Below are positions 18,778 through 28,491 of a stretch of DNA of 64,000 nucleotides, one piece after another. Both the position numbers and the translations under genes were made by a program. The number at the start of each line of letters is the position of its first letter. Within the stretch, counting starts at the first letter, position 1. The stretch is from the NCBI GenBank assembly GCA_004555725.1, contig SFHC01000012.1, positions 89-64,088 of the forward strand. Reading direction: 5' to 3'. The notes beneath the pieces were generated by a model, which was not told where the DNA came from, did no database searches, and saw only the letters and a program-made list of their open reading frames with translations. This DNA comes from [Eubacterium] saphenum. Its GTDB lineage: Bacteria > Bacillota > Clostridia > Peptostreptococcales > Anaerovoracaceae.

Positions 18778-19719
18778 TTATGCCCCTGCCCCCTGTTCAA
18801 TTTGTCCTGAAAGATCCAGATTCTTAATATCCTCAACTGTGGAGATACTGTTGGTTTTCACTCTTCTGTCTGTCCGGTGCACAAATCCGGAAAGCGTTTT
18901 CCCCGGACCGATTTCAATGAACTGATCCGCTCCGTCCGCAATCATGCCGCGGATAATATCTTCCATATATACGCCGGACTGAACCTGGCACACCAGAAGC
19001 TCCTGAACGGACTCTCCCGGCGAGGCCGGTTTCCCAGTGCAGTTGAAATAGACCGGAAACTGCATCGGTCTGAATACCTCGTCATGAAAGCGCTTTTCTA
19101 AGACCTCTGCTGCGGGCGCCATATAGGATGTATGGAACGGTCCGCTTACCGGAAGACGCATGCACCTGCGGGCGCCGGCCTGCTGAGCAAACTGTTCGGC
19201 CTGTTCAACAGCTTCTTTCTCTCCGGAAATGACAATCTGCCCCGGACAGTTAAAGTTTGCCGCCTCTACCCGTCCAACCTTCTGCGCACGCTGAAGGCAG
19301 TCCATCAGTGTATCTCTGTCAAGGCCGAGAACCGCTGACATTTCAGTCTGAACCCCTTCAGACGCTTTCTCCATCGCTTCTGCCCGGCAGTGGATCAGAG
19401 ACACTGCCTGCTCCGGTGTAAACACGCCGGCTGCTGTCAGTGCGGAATACTCTCCTAAACTCAGTCCTGCCGCCATGTCCGGCCTGAACCCATGCTTCTT
19501 CAGCACGGCATATACGCCAAGGCCAAACGCAAGCAGGATTGGCTGCGTATTCACGGTCTCCTGGAGCTGCTCCTTGTTTCCGGAAAATGCGATTTCACGC
19601 TGTTTCTCCGGAAGAAGCTGAAAAACTGCCTGAAACTCAGGATACTCTTTATAAAAATCCTTTCCCATTCCCGGGAACTGGCTGCCCTGACCGGCAAACA
19701 GAAGCGCTGTCTTTCCCAT
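18778..19719 (-). CDS. fabD: malonyl-CoA:ACP transacylase
   Basis: Start moved to ATG 19719 (RBS GGAGGAG). FAGQGSQFPGMG and active-site GLSLGEYSAL. Confidence 0.9.
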   Translation of the reverse strand: MGKTALLFAGQGSQFPGMGKDFYKEYPEFQAVFQLLPEKQREIAFSGNKEQLQETVNTQPILLAFGLGVYAVLKKHGFRPDMAAGLSLGEYSALTAAGVFTPEQAVSLIHCRAEAMEKASEGVQTEMSAVLGLDRDTLMDCLQRAQKVGRVEAANFNCPGQIVISGEKEAVEQAEQFAQQAGARRCMRLPVSGPFHTSYMAPAAEVLEKRFHDEVFRPMQFPVYFNCTGKPASPGESVQELLVCQVQSGVYMEDIIRGMIADGADQFIEIGPGKTLSGFVHRTDRRVKTNSISTVEDIKNLDLSGQIEQGAGA

Positions 19720-19825
19720 GTTCTCCTCCGATAAATAATTCAATATTTTTAACTACATGGGATATCATAGCGGAGCGACCATTATATGTCAAGAATTTTA
19801 TTTAAATATTTTTAATAAACAAGGT

Positions 19826-19873
19826 AAAAGAACAGGCTGCAGCACATCCGATACTCTGCCTTGTGCTGCAGCC
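19826..19873 (-). terminator. rho-independent terminator after the SGNH hydrolase gene
   Basis: Stem GGCTGCAGCACA / TGTGCTGCAGCC, then TGTTCTTTT on the minus strand. Confidence 0.6.
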
Positions 19874-19941
19874 CGCGTCTTACTGTTTTCTATTCGATTT
19901 TCATCCGTTGAACAGCGGTTGTTGACCGCCTGCCGCCGGCC

Positions 19942-20568
19942 TTACTGATTTAGCAGGATCGGTTCAATCAGCAAAGCCATCTGCCGGTGTCCTTCCTCCG
20001 TAAAGTGCAGTCCGTCAAACGCCAGGGATAATTCTTCCCTGCTGAGATCCAGAAACTGACAGCGTTCCTGAACCGCAAGCTCCTGATAAAGATCGGCCAG
20101 ATGGAGCGAAGCCTGCCGCAGCGGCTCGCCCCCGGAAAGGTCCTGCGGAGGGGCAATCAACAGAATCTGGCAGCTTGATACAGCCTCTTCCGACGAACGT
20201 CTTCCTGCGCAGTTATGTCTGCTCAGAAACATCTTCACATGGATCAGCATCTGCTTCATTTTTTCTGCTGCAAGCGTCGGATCAGGGCTGGAAAACAGCA
20301 GATCATTAGAGCCGAGCATGACGGCGAACAGATTCAGAGGAACACAGTGTTTCAATGTGCGGTCCAGCGCCTGCAGGGTCAGAGCAGAAGACGGAATCTC
20401 CCGTCCGTTCATCCCGTCATCCATAATTTCCCAGGTATCTTTCAACCTCCGGCGGACTATCTCCGTCCATCGCTGTTCCTCAGGATAACGGCCGCCCATA
20501 AACCCTCTCGGATCATATCCATACGTATTTGAATCTCCGTAGAATAACACCCTTTTCCGCTCTGTCAT
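19942..20568 (-). CDS. SGNH/GDSL family hydrolase
   Basis: 208 aa. Block I FYGDSNTYG, block III LGSNDLL. Confidence 0.75.
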   Translation of the reverse strand: MTERKRVLFYGDSNTYGYDPRGFMGGRYPEEQRWTEIVRRRLKDTWEIMDDGMNGREIPSSALTLQALDRTLKHCVPLNLFAVMLGSNDLLFSSPDPTLAAEKMKQMLIHVKMFLSRHNCAGRRSSEEAVSSCQILLIAPPQDLSGGEPLRQASLHLADLYQELAVQERCQFLDLSREELSLAFDGLHFTEEGHRQMALLIEPILLNQ

Positions 20569-20583
20569 GGCGTTTTTTCCTTT

Positions 20584-21810
20584 CTAATTATCTTTTGTCA
20601 CGCTCGCTAGAACTTTATTCACCAGACTTCTCCAGGAAATCCGGCTGACATCCGCCGGAACAGATAACGGACTGCAAAGGCTTTTCTGCAGAGCATCCGC
20701 AAGATCCGCTTCAAAACGCGGAAGCTCCCCAGGGTCCGGTTCATCCGCATTCTTCATCGTCGGAAGATTCACCAGACGCACATCCGCCCCCGGAGCGTTC
20801 GCAGAGAGCCAGGCATCAATGCCCGGAAGCCTGGAAACGACAACCTTGTCCCCACAGGCCAGCGCCTCAATCACCACGAGCGGAATTCCATCAAAAAACG
20901 ACGGAAGAACAAACACATCTGCCCGGTTATACAGCGCCGCTAGATCCTCCTGCGCCATCCTCCCCGGGAACGCAATCGTATACCGGCACTGCTCTGCCAT
21001 AGACCGGATGATCCTGTATTCCTCCTGATTCCCTGCTCCGCCCGCCAGGACGACCTGAAGACTTCTCTTCGGAATATCCAGCTTGTCCAGCGCACGGATC
21101 AGACTCTTGACGCCCTTCTTCTCCGCAATCTTACCGGCAAAAACCAGAAGCTTTTCTCCTTCTTCCTCTGCACGCCGCTCTTTTTCTGCACGCGCATCAG
21201 AATCGATATGGAAGATTCCGTCATTGTATCCCATTCCGACGGTGACAATTTTTCCGGGGTCCACGCCGTAAATATCAACGGTTTTATCTGCCTGCGGTTT
21301 CTGCGGAACAAAGATCTTATCGAGAAGAGGGATTCTTTTTCGGATCCACTCCCGGTTCACCGGATTCTTCTCCATCTGCCGAAGGTCTGTGTTATGACAG
21401 AACCCGCAGACCGTCCGGCCTGGGAAACTCTCCCGCACCAGTGCAGTAAGCAGATAAAGATGATGACAGAGGATCAGATCCGGATTGAGGTCTGTCACAG
21501 CCTGGCGGATTTTCTTCAAAAAAGCATCCTTAAACTGCTGCGTCATCGGCTCCGTAAAATCGCAGTACCTCGTGCTGGTGTACGGCATCTCATCCGACAT
21601 CCCCGCAACCGGAAACGGCAGTTCCTCCGTTCCGTAATACACCGGATAGAATGCTGTGTTCTCTGGAAATTCCGGATGATCCTCACTCGTAATTCCCGCA
21701 ACAACTGCCTGCTGGTGTCCCTCCGCCGCCAGCGCCTTTACCACTTCTGTCAAATACACTCCGCTGCCCGTACTGCTCGGTTTCTGGGCCGTAATACTCA
21801 GTATCCGCAT
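20584..21810 (-). CDS. glycosyltransferase family 4 (GT-B)
   Basis: Probable start MRILSITAQKPSSTGSGVY at 21810 (RBS GGGAGAG; the track start at 21822 is also possible). C-terminal GT4 block VFVLPSFFDGIPLVVIEALACG. Confidence 0.8.
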   Translation of the reverse strand: MRILSITAQKPSSTGSGVYLTEVVKALAAEGHQQAVVAGITSEDHPEFPENTAFYPVYYGTEELPFPVAGMSDEMPYTSTRYCDFTEPMTQQFKDAFLKKIRQAVTDLNPDLILCHHLYLLTALVRESFPGRTVCGFCHNTDLRQMEKNPVNREWIRKRIPLLDKIFVPQKPQADKTVDIYGVDPGKIVTVGMGYNDGIFHIDSDARAEKERRAEEEGEKLLVFAGKIAEKKGVKSLIRALDKLDIPKRSLQVVLAGGAGNQEEYRIIRSMAEQCRYTIAFPGRMAQEDLAALYNRADVFVLPSFFDGIPLVVIEALACGDKVVVSRLPGIDAWLSANAPGADVRLVNLPTMKNADEPDPGELPRFEADLADALQKSLCSPLSVPADVSRISWRSLVNKVLASVTKDN

Positions 21811-21854
21811 ATTCTCTCCCATTTATTCAACTCATATTCCGGATTCTCTGAAAC

Positions 21855-23234
21855 CTACCGGATATCCTTATACATCTTCGCCAGTTTCCCCGGATCAGCC
21901 CCGTGAAGGTACATCTGACGCATATCATACATCTTTTTCATCAGCCGCAGCGTCCCCTTGGTGCTTCTGGGATACCGACGATCCGAACTGATGATTTTCT
22001 CATGCGCAACACCGTTAGATATTCCATGCCTCTTCAGGTTCAGAGAAAACTGATAATCTTCCATCAGCGGGATATCCGGAAATCCTCCCATTTTAAAGAA
22101 CAGCCTGCGGTCAATAAATATACCCTGATCGCCGAACATAATGCCCTCATTGCGCGCTCTCCGGTTCGACAAGATGCTGTTCGTCAGCATCAGAAACCGT
22201 CTGGTCGGAAATCCGATCCGGAAGCATCCCGCCAGATGCTCGGCGTAAACATGCCGGATCTCTCTCTGCGGATGAGCTGGAAGTTTGCTGTCACAGTGCA
22301 GAAAGAACAGGATATCTCCGGAAGCCTCTTCTGCCCCCAGATTCATCTGCCTGGCGCGTCCTTTTTCACTGTTCAGGATCATCATCTGCGGATCGATTCT
22401 GGACAGCGTTCCGTCCGTACTCTTTCCATCGACAAATATCACCTCGCAAGAGGCAAACGTCCGCCGCAGCTCCTTCTGGATATTCCGGATCATATTTTCT
22501 TCATTACAGACCGGAACAATCACTGAAATCTTAACGTGCTGAAGGATAAACCGGTCCGTGTGCGAAAACGAAGCTTCCGGATTCTTTCTGCGCCGGTCCA
22601 GCCGGTGAATCAGATCTTTTCTGGTATCCACATCACTGAGAACTTCTGCAAGGCTCAGAGAAAGACCGTGATCCAGTATGGCTGCTGCTGTATTTTCAAA
22701 AACCGTGCTGCCTCCGTACACCTGATCTTCAAAAAAGATATGCTGCGGAGCATTGCTCCCGATTAAATAATAACCGCCGTCTCTGGTAGGGCCAAGGACG
22801 GCGTCATGCGTCTTCAGCCTTGTGAATGCATCGTCAAATATACCCTTTGTCAGATCAGGAAGATCGGTCCCCGTGAGCACGCAGTGGTCATACCCTTCCC
22901 GGAAGACCTCCTTCATCGCCGCGTACATTCTCTCCCCCAGGTCCTCTCCGCTCTGACTCCGGTAAACCACACGTCCCTTACCATATTTCCAGCCTCCGCG
23001 CGGTTTATCCATCTGACGCCCGAAAATCTGCACCAGATTATCCGGATCACCCGGTTCTGCATAGTAGATAAACAGATCTGCATCGATCCCCCGAAGATTT
23101 CTATGGATATCACGCAGAAAACAAGAATGAAGCTCTGCGCACTGAACGGGCGTATAGTACGGCATCAGGCGGGTCTTGGTGTGCCCCGGATACGGAATTC
23201 TTGTAAACAGAATGACGGCTCTTCTTTCTGTCAT
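21855..23234 (-). CDS. fusion of a DUF2064 (TIGR04282-like nucleotidyltransferase fold) domain and a GT2 glycosyltransferase (TIGR04283-like)
   Basis: 459 aa. The N-terminus AVILFTRIPYPGHTKTRL is typical of DUF2064. The C-terminal half has ISVIVPVCNEE...FVDGKSTDGT...FLHCDS, typical of GT2. The start overlaps the upstream stop (TAATG). Confidence 0.7.
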   Translation of the reverse strand: MTERRAVILFTRIPYPGHTKTRLMPYYTPVQCAELHSCFLRDIHRNLRGIDADLFIYYAEPGDPDNLVQIFGRQMDKPRGGWKYGKGRVVYRSQSGEDLGERMYAAMKEVFREGYDHCVLTGTDLPDLTKGIFDDAFTRLKTHDAVLGPTRDGGYYLIGSNAPQHIFFEDQVYGGSTVFENTAAAILDHGLSLSLAEVLSDVDTRKDLIHRLDRRRKNPEASFSHTDRFILQHVKISVIVPVCNEENMIRNIQKELRRTFASCEVIFVDGKSTDGTLSRIDPQMMILNSEKGRARQMNLGAEEASGDILFFLHCDSKLPAHPQREIRHVYAEHLAGCFRIGFPTRRFLMLTNSILSNRRARNEGIMFGDQGIFIDRRLFFKMGGFPDIPLMEDYQFSLNLKRHGISNGVAHEKIISSDRRYPRSTKGTLRLMKKMYDMRQMYLHGADPGKLAKMYKDIR

Positions 23235-23686
23235 TACAGCAGTCCCTCCAGAATATTGATCGTATCTTTCACAATTACCGGACAGTGGGTCATCATGAGA
23301 TTCTTCTCCTGAATCGCCGCCATATCATCCGGATCCGCGGGATTGCCGCCGAGAAGCGCGCTGCATTCTTCTGAATCATACTTTTTAGCGAACTCCATGC
23401 GGAATTGCGTCATCTTCTTGTAGATCTCCGTCTTTCCATCTGTATCATCCTCATGGTCGTGACCGTACTTCAGCCCGAGCAGAAGAAAAGCCGCAACGAC
23501 CGCGCCGCAGGTCTTTCCCTGCAGCATGCCGCCTCCGAACGCGGAAGTCAGGCGCAGCATCACCTTCTGGTCCATGCAAAGCGGCTTGCTGTATGCCGAT
23601 GCAACCACCTGCGAACAGTCAATTCCGTGCATGAACAGATCCGTAATCTCTTCTATACTATAGTCAGTTCCCGGTTTCATAATCAA
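23234..23686 (-). CDS. C_GCAxxG_C_C family (putative redox-active) protein
   Basis: 150 aa. CSQVV...GKTCGAVVAAFLLLG...EECSALL...THCPVIV matches the Cys pattern of the family. Confidence 0.8.
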   Translation of the reverse strand: MIMKPGTDYSIEEITDLFMHGIDCSQVVASAYSKPLCMDQKVMLRLTSAFGGGMLQGKTCGAVVAAFLLLGLKYGHDHEDDTDGKTEIYKKMTQFRMEFAKKYDSEECSALLGGNPADPDDMAAIQEKNLMMTHCPVIVKDTINILEGLL

Positions 23687-23716
23687 CCTTCTTTCAAAAA
23701 ATATTTCGCTGAGTCA

Positions 23717-23756
23717 GAAAAAAGGACGAAACTTCCCGGCTGGAATTCTCGTCCTT
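23717..23756 (-). terminator. rho-independent terminator after the YdjY-like gene
   Basis: Stem AAGGACGA / TCGTCCTT, followed on the minus strand by TTTTTT. Confidence 0.6.
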
Positions 23757-23801
23757 TTCTATGTACGAATCTGGCGTTATTTCCGTGATCCGTATTCTGT
23801 A

Positions 23802-24461
23802 CTAGTCCTGAAGCGCAAAGGTTACCTTGACAATTGTTCCATCCTTAGGCAGAACCTTGGAATTACCCATTACCTTAACTTTTCCGCCTTCAATATCGCC
23901 AAAGCCATAAGCTGCATTGGATACGATTCCGGTTGCGCAGCTGTCGAGGCAGGCAATGCATCCGGTGTTGTTCTTATACGCGTTCTTGATGTTTCCGGAG
24001 AAACGGAAGTCGATCTTCGGCGTTCCCTTGTCTGTTTTCAATGTTTTCACAGCCGGAACATTTTTATGGCCCTTCCAGGAAACGGTTACCTTGACCTTCT
24101 GGCCGCCGGTTTTCTGACCCATCTTCTTAGGAATCATCTTATCCCACGGCTCACCGCCGATCTTAATCATTGCGCCATAGAAATCCTTCTCAGAACCCAG
24201 TGCAGTCATGACAGACTTATCTCCGTTGGAGCCGCCCTTAAATACGACATAATGACGGGTAGACTGTGTGAAATAAGTGCCGTTTACCTTGGCATAAACC
24301 GTAACGGTTCTCTTGGATGTATCCGCAGTAATCTTGCTGTAATCCTTCTTGCTGCTGGAAGAAGAGGAAGAAGAACCTGATCCTCCGCATGCGACCAGCG
24401 ATACAGCCATGATTACCCCCAGTGCTCCAACGACAAGCTTTTTCATTAAACTCGATTTCAT
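23802..24461 (-). CDS. YdjY-like lipoprotein
   Basis: 219 aa. Lipobox SLVACGG, poly-Ser linker, Cys cluster NTGCIACLDSCATG. The pairing with a TVP38 gene mirrors E. coli ydjX-ydjY-ydjZ. The family call is from memory and not verified. Confidence 0.55.
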   Translation of the reverse strand: MKSSLMKKLVVGALGVIMAVSLVACGGSGSSSSSSSSKKDYSKITADTSKRTVTVYAKVNGTYFTQSTRHYVVFKGGSNGDKSVMTALGSEKDFYGAMIKIGGEPWDKMIPKKMGQKTGGQKVKVTVSWKGHKNVPAVKTLKTDKGTPKIDFRFSGNIKNAYKNNTGCIACLDSCATGIVSNAAYGFGDIEGGKVKVMGNSKVLPKDGTIVKVTFALQD

Positions 24462-24519
24462 AACCTTTTTCCTTTCCCTATTTATGCGAATAATTTATTC
24501 TGATCAGCACTATTGTCCT

Positions 24520-25710
24520 CTATGCGCGCTGTTTCTTCGCCTTCCTGAAATGCAGGAAGAAAACAAGCCCGAATCCGACAATAGTGAATACCAGCATTAT
24601 TATATTAACGGTCTCAAACGGAACAGACAGAAGTCCGACACCCATTCTGGCAACCGCCGCAGGTGTGACCAACAGCGCGTTTCCGCTTGCAATCAGCATG
24701 ATTACGATGCATACAGCCACGTTAATGATGGAGAATTTCGGTCCGCATTTGAAACTGGTGAACATCAGTGCCAGCAGGAAAGTCAGAACCCATCCTGCGT
24801 AGAAGAGCCAGCCGACATTGACACGCATCGCGAGCCAAGTGGATCTGGTGCAGAGAACGCCGATTACCATTCCCCAGAACGCGGAATTGTACAGTTTTCC
24901 GATAACTACTGCCGGAGACATTCCGTCAGATACATATACCTGACCAGACGCCTCTGCCGCTGCCTTCTTCTTTTTCTCATTCATGGTGTAAACCTGACGG
25001 AGAAGCGCGATCAGAATCGCGAATGAGAACAAGCATACCAGGCCGATGAACAGCTTCTGAGCACCGCCGGTAAGCAGACCGCCTACATAGGAATATACGA
25101 TGCACGCAGGCAGCTGTCCGATTCCGGTAGCCAGGAAAAATCCGCCGAAGTCCATCGCTGTAAGTCCGGCTGCGTAGCTGACAATATCGAAGGAAATAAA
25201 CGGAAGAAGACGCGCAATCAGTATGCACTTCTTTCCCTGTTTTTCAAAGAATACTTCAATCTGATTCAGCGCACCCTTGGTGCAGATCTTTTCAACCACA
25301 TCACGTCCGAGAATCCTCGCGATGTAAAAGCAGAGCGCCGCTCCTGCCATGGATGATACAAAGGACAGAATGCATCCCTGCCACCATCCGAACAGATTGG
25401 CGTTGGTTAATGTAATGAAGAACGCCGGCAGCGGAGCCATGACAGACTGGAAAATCATCAGCAGCGCGGATACCAGCATCGCCCATTTACCATACTTGGA
25501 AATAAACGCTCTCATCTGCGCAAAGTCACCGCTCTTGAACATCGCCACAACCTTATTCAGGAAGGAGTGTACAGACGGAACATATAAGTAAATCAGGACA
25601 CACGCCACCACCACAGCGAGAAGAATAATCTTGCTGCCCCAGCGCTTCCAGAACCCCTGCTTCGGCTTCTCAGCTGCAGTGTTCAGCACATCGTTATTTT
25701 TCGTTTCCAT
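24520..25710 (-). CDS. TVP38/TMEM64 (DedA-related) family membrane protein with extra C-terminal TM region
   Basis: 396 aa. The core block LPAFFITLTNANLFGWWQGCILSFVSSMAGAALCFYIARILGR is typical of the family. About 150 additional C-terminal residues form further TM helices. Confidence 0.8.
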   Translation of the reverse strand: METKNNDVLNTAAEKPKQGFWKRWGSKIILLAVVVACVLIYLYVPSVHSFLNKVVAMFKSGDFAQMRAFISKYGKWAMLVSALLMIFQSVMAPLPAFFITLTNANLFGWWQGCILSFVSSMAGAALCFYIARILGRDVVEKICTKGALNQIEVFFEKQGKKCILIARLLPFISFDIVSYAAGLTAMDFGGFFLATGIGQLPACIVYSYVGGLLTGGAQKLFIGLVCLFSFAILIALLRQVYTMNEKKKKAAAEASGQVYVSDGMSPAVVIGKLYNSAFWGMVIGVLCTRSTWLAMRVNVGWLFYAGWVLTFLLALMFTSFKCGPKFSIINVAVCIVIMLIASGNALLVTPAAVARMGVGLLSVPFETVNIIMLVFTIVGFGLVFFLHFRKAKKQRA

Positions 25711-26025
25711 AATCCTCCTTAAAAAAACATACGATCGTCACACAAACTTTCAACAATCTTTTCCATTACCTCTTGTCCTGCATAATTCTATCATCATAGT
25801 CTGTAGATTAACAATTGAATTTCTCTATACTAGACCAGGTCTACATTGTTGTAAGGATATACAAAATTATTATCGATGCCTAAAAAGAATTAATGAAACT
25901 TATGATCAGGAAAAAAACATCCGAAAAGAAAATGGCTCAACTATAGATATTCTGAATATAATACTTCGGAAAAATATTACTGATTCACGACTTTTACCGT
26001 CGGCCAAAAGAGCCGGGAATGATTG

Positions 26026-26067
26026 AAAAACAGCCGGCGGCAGACAGAGACTCTGCCCGCCGCCGGC
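26026..26067 (-). terminator. rho-independent terminator of fprA
   Basis: GC-rich stem GCCGGCGGCAGA / TCTGCC(CG)CCGCCGGC, followed on the minus strand by TTTTT. Confidence 0.6.
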
Positions 26068-26105
26068 AATAACAACTGCTATTTTATGATCAAAGGATCC
26101 GCAGA

Positions 26106-27305
26106 CTACTTCATCGAAGCGATAATTTCATCTGCCAGCGCGTCCAGCTTCTCCTCTGTTTCTTCACCGACGGAAGACTTGATCTGAACCTCGTCCTCCA
26201 GGACATTCATGTTCTTCATTCCGCAGAGCAGTCCGTCCATGCATTTTCCGGCAGCCGGAGCCCATGTACCGTTATACACGACTGATACCGTTCTGTTCTG
26301 GAGATTCAGCCGTCCCATATCTTCTACAAAATTCTGCATCGGCGGATACAGGTTCATGTTATACGTAACCGAGAAAAGCGCAAGATTGCTGAACCGGAAC
26401 GCTTCACTGATCAGATAGGAAACGTGTGTCTTGCTGACATCATACATCTGAATGTTATGCATCCCTTTTTCATGCAGTTTAGCTGCAAGAATCTGCGCGG
26501 CGTTCTCCGTATGACCATACATAGAACCGTAAGCGATCAGAACACCCTTCTCCTCCGGTGTATAAGTCGCCCATTTTACATGCTTGTCGATAAACCAGTC
26601 GATGTCTTTTCTCCACACTGGTCCGTGCAGCGGGCAGATATACTTGATGTCCAGCTTTGACGCCTTCTTCAGGAGGTTCGCTGTCTGCGGACCGTACTTT
26701 CCAACAATATTGGTGTAATATCTTCTGGCTTCCGGAAGCCAGTCTCTTTCAAAGTTCACCTCATCCGCAAAGAGTGCCCCGTCCAGAGAACGGAAAGATC
26801 CGAATGCATCCGCGCTGAACAGGACCCCATTCGTCTTGTCATACGTCACCATAACTTCCGGCCAGTGAACCATCGGAGCATTGACGAATGTCACGACATG
26901 CTTTCCAAAGCTCAGTTCGCTGCCTTCTTTTGCCTCAATCCAGCGATCCGCAAAATCGTATCCGAACTGCTGGCCAAATGCCTGTCCTTTCTTGGTGCAG
27001 ACAACCTTTGCCGCAGGATACTCCTGCAGAACCAGTCCCAGTGTAGCCGCATGATCCGGCTCAAAGTGGTTGACAACGATATAATCCAGACTGCGTCCGT
27101 CAAGAACCGCATGCAGATTCTCCATAAACTGCTGGCCGACCGACCAGTCTGCCGTGTCAAATAAAACAGCCTTCTCATCCAGTAATACGTAAGAGTTATA
27201 GGAAACTCCGTCCGGAATCGGGTGGATATTCTCAAATAAGCTCAGACGTTTGTCATTGCCTCCGATCCAGTACAGATCTTCCGTTACCTTTCTCACACAG
27301 CGCAT
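26106..27305 (-). CDS. fprA: FprA-type flavodiiron protein (O2/NO reductase)
   Basis: 399 aa. Metallo-beta-lactamase-like di-iron motif NHFEPDHA. C-terminal flavodoxin-like domain (VLIAYGSMYGHTE). Confidence 0.85.
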   Translation of the reverse strand: MRCVRKVTEDLYWIGGNDKRLSLFENIHPIPDGVSYNSYVLLDEKAVLFDTADWSVGQQFMENLHAVLDGRSLDYIVVNHFEPDHAATLGLVLQEYPAAKVVCTKKGQAFGQQFGYDFADRWIEAKEGSELSFGKHVVTFVNAPMVHWPEVMVTYDKTNGVLFSADAFGSFRSLDGALFADEVNFERDWLPEARRYYTNIVGKYGPQTANLLKKASKLDIKYICPLHGPVWRKDIDWFIDKHVKWATYTPEEKGVLIAYGSMYGHTENAAQILAAKLHEKGMHNIQMYDVSKTHVSYLISEAFRFSNLALFSVTYNMNLYPPMQNFVEDMGRLNLQNRTVSVVYNGTWAPAAGKCMDGLLCGMKNMNVLEDEVQIKSSVGEETEEKLDALADEIIASMK

Positions 27306-27727
27306 TGTGATGCCTCCTCGTTCTACGATCTTTTAAACGATATTCTCCCTCTAACATTCCTATTTTGTCATATCCTCATGCAATTGTAAATCCTTTATCG
27401 CAAACTTTCACATATGTATACACGGATTCTTTATTTAATTAATTCATTGTGTATACGCATTCCGTTTCGACAAAACGTAAAAAGCAAGGAAAATACCTGT
27501 CTTTCCTCCCTTCCGTCAATCAGATACCGTTCACTATCTTGATTTCCTGTCAATATATTAGTTAAAATTTTTTTGATGATTCCACGCAACTTGAAAGCAA
27601 TTATGATATAATGCCTATAGGGTAAGTGATACAAATTTACTATTATTCACAAAACGATAATAGTATAGAATTAACAGATACACAATCAGGGAAATCAGCT
27701 GTAGCTATTGTCTGGGAAGGATTCATT

Positions 27728-28477
27728 ATGGAAAAGCGAAATTTATTCGATTCGATCGACAGACTGTCTATACAGGAATTGATTTCCTGCTTTGAACTTG
27801 AGTCAAAATCTTATCAGAAAGGTTCGACAATTCTGGAGTATGATGCAGGCAAGCCGTCCATTCTGGCCGTTCTCTGCTCCGGCAGCGCTAGATTAGAAAT
27901 GGCCGACGCGTCCGGAGACCTGTTTCTCATGGATCTGTATGAAAAAAACGACATTGTGGGAGATCTGTTTACGCTCCCGATTCCGAACCTGCATTATACA
28001 GTAACCGCGTCCTCTGAATGCAGTGTGCTGCTTCTGGATTACAGAAAGCTGCTGTCCCCTCAGGATAAACTGAAACATGAGCACGCGCAGCTGCTGAATA
28101 ATCTGATGAACATGATTGCGCAGAAATCCCAGCAGTTATCTATGCATCTTTCCATACTGTTTCAGCCGACCACACGCGATAAACTGCTGGGATATCTGAA
28201 ATTTATCCATTCACTCAATCCGGAGGAAGAGGAATTCATCATTCCGGTTTCACTGAGCAGTCTCGCGGAGTACCTGCATGTCGACCGTGCCTCGATGATG
28301 CGCACGCTGCAGCTCATGAAACGTGACGGACTGATTGAAAGCAAGGCCAGGAAATTCCGCCTGCTGGACGCCTCGCCGCAGATCTTTGTTCAGGAAACGG
28401 ATCACGGCATCCCGTCCAAGGAGTCTCGAAAAAGCGAAGGCGCCTTTATTCACGCTTATAAACACGAAAAGAAATAA
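27728..28477 (+). CDS. Crp/Fnr family transcriptional regulator
   Basis: Start moved to ATG 27728 (RBS GGGAAGGA). cNMP-binding-like N-terminal domain. C-terminal HTH SLSSLAEYLHVDRASMMRTLQLMKRDGLIE. Divergent from fprA. Confidence 0.8.
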   Translation: MEKRNLFDSIDRLSIQELISCFELESKSYQKGSTILEYDAGKPSILAVLCSGSARLEMADASGDLFLMDLYEKNDIVGDLFTLPIPNLHYTVTASSECSVLLLDYRKLLSPQDKLKHEHAQLLNNLMNMIAQKSQQLSMHLSILFQPTTRDKLLGYLKFIHSLNPEEEEFIIPVSLSSLAEYLHVDRASMMRTLQLMKRDGLIESKARKFRLLDASPQIFVQETDHGIPSKESRKSEGAFIHAYKHEKK

Positions 28478-28491
28478 ATCGAAAAAATGCA

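Noticed and set aside
27538-27552. FNR/CRP-type box TTGATTTCCTGTCAA between fprA and the Crp/Fnr gene
   Set aside because: The half-sites are spaced TTGA-N7-TCAA, whereas the canonical site is N6, and the match is imperfect. That is too weak to call without comparative data.
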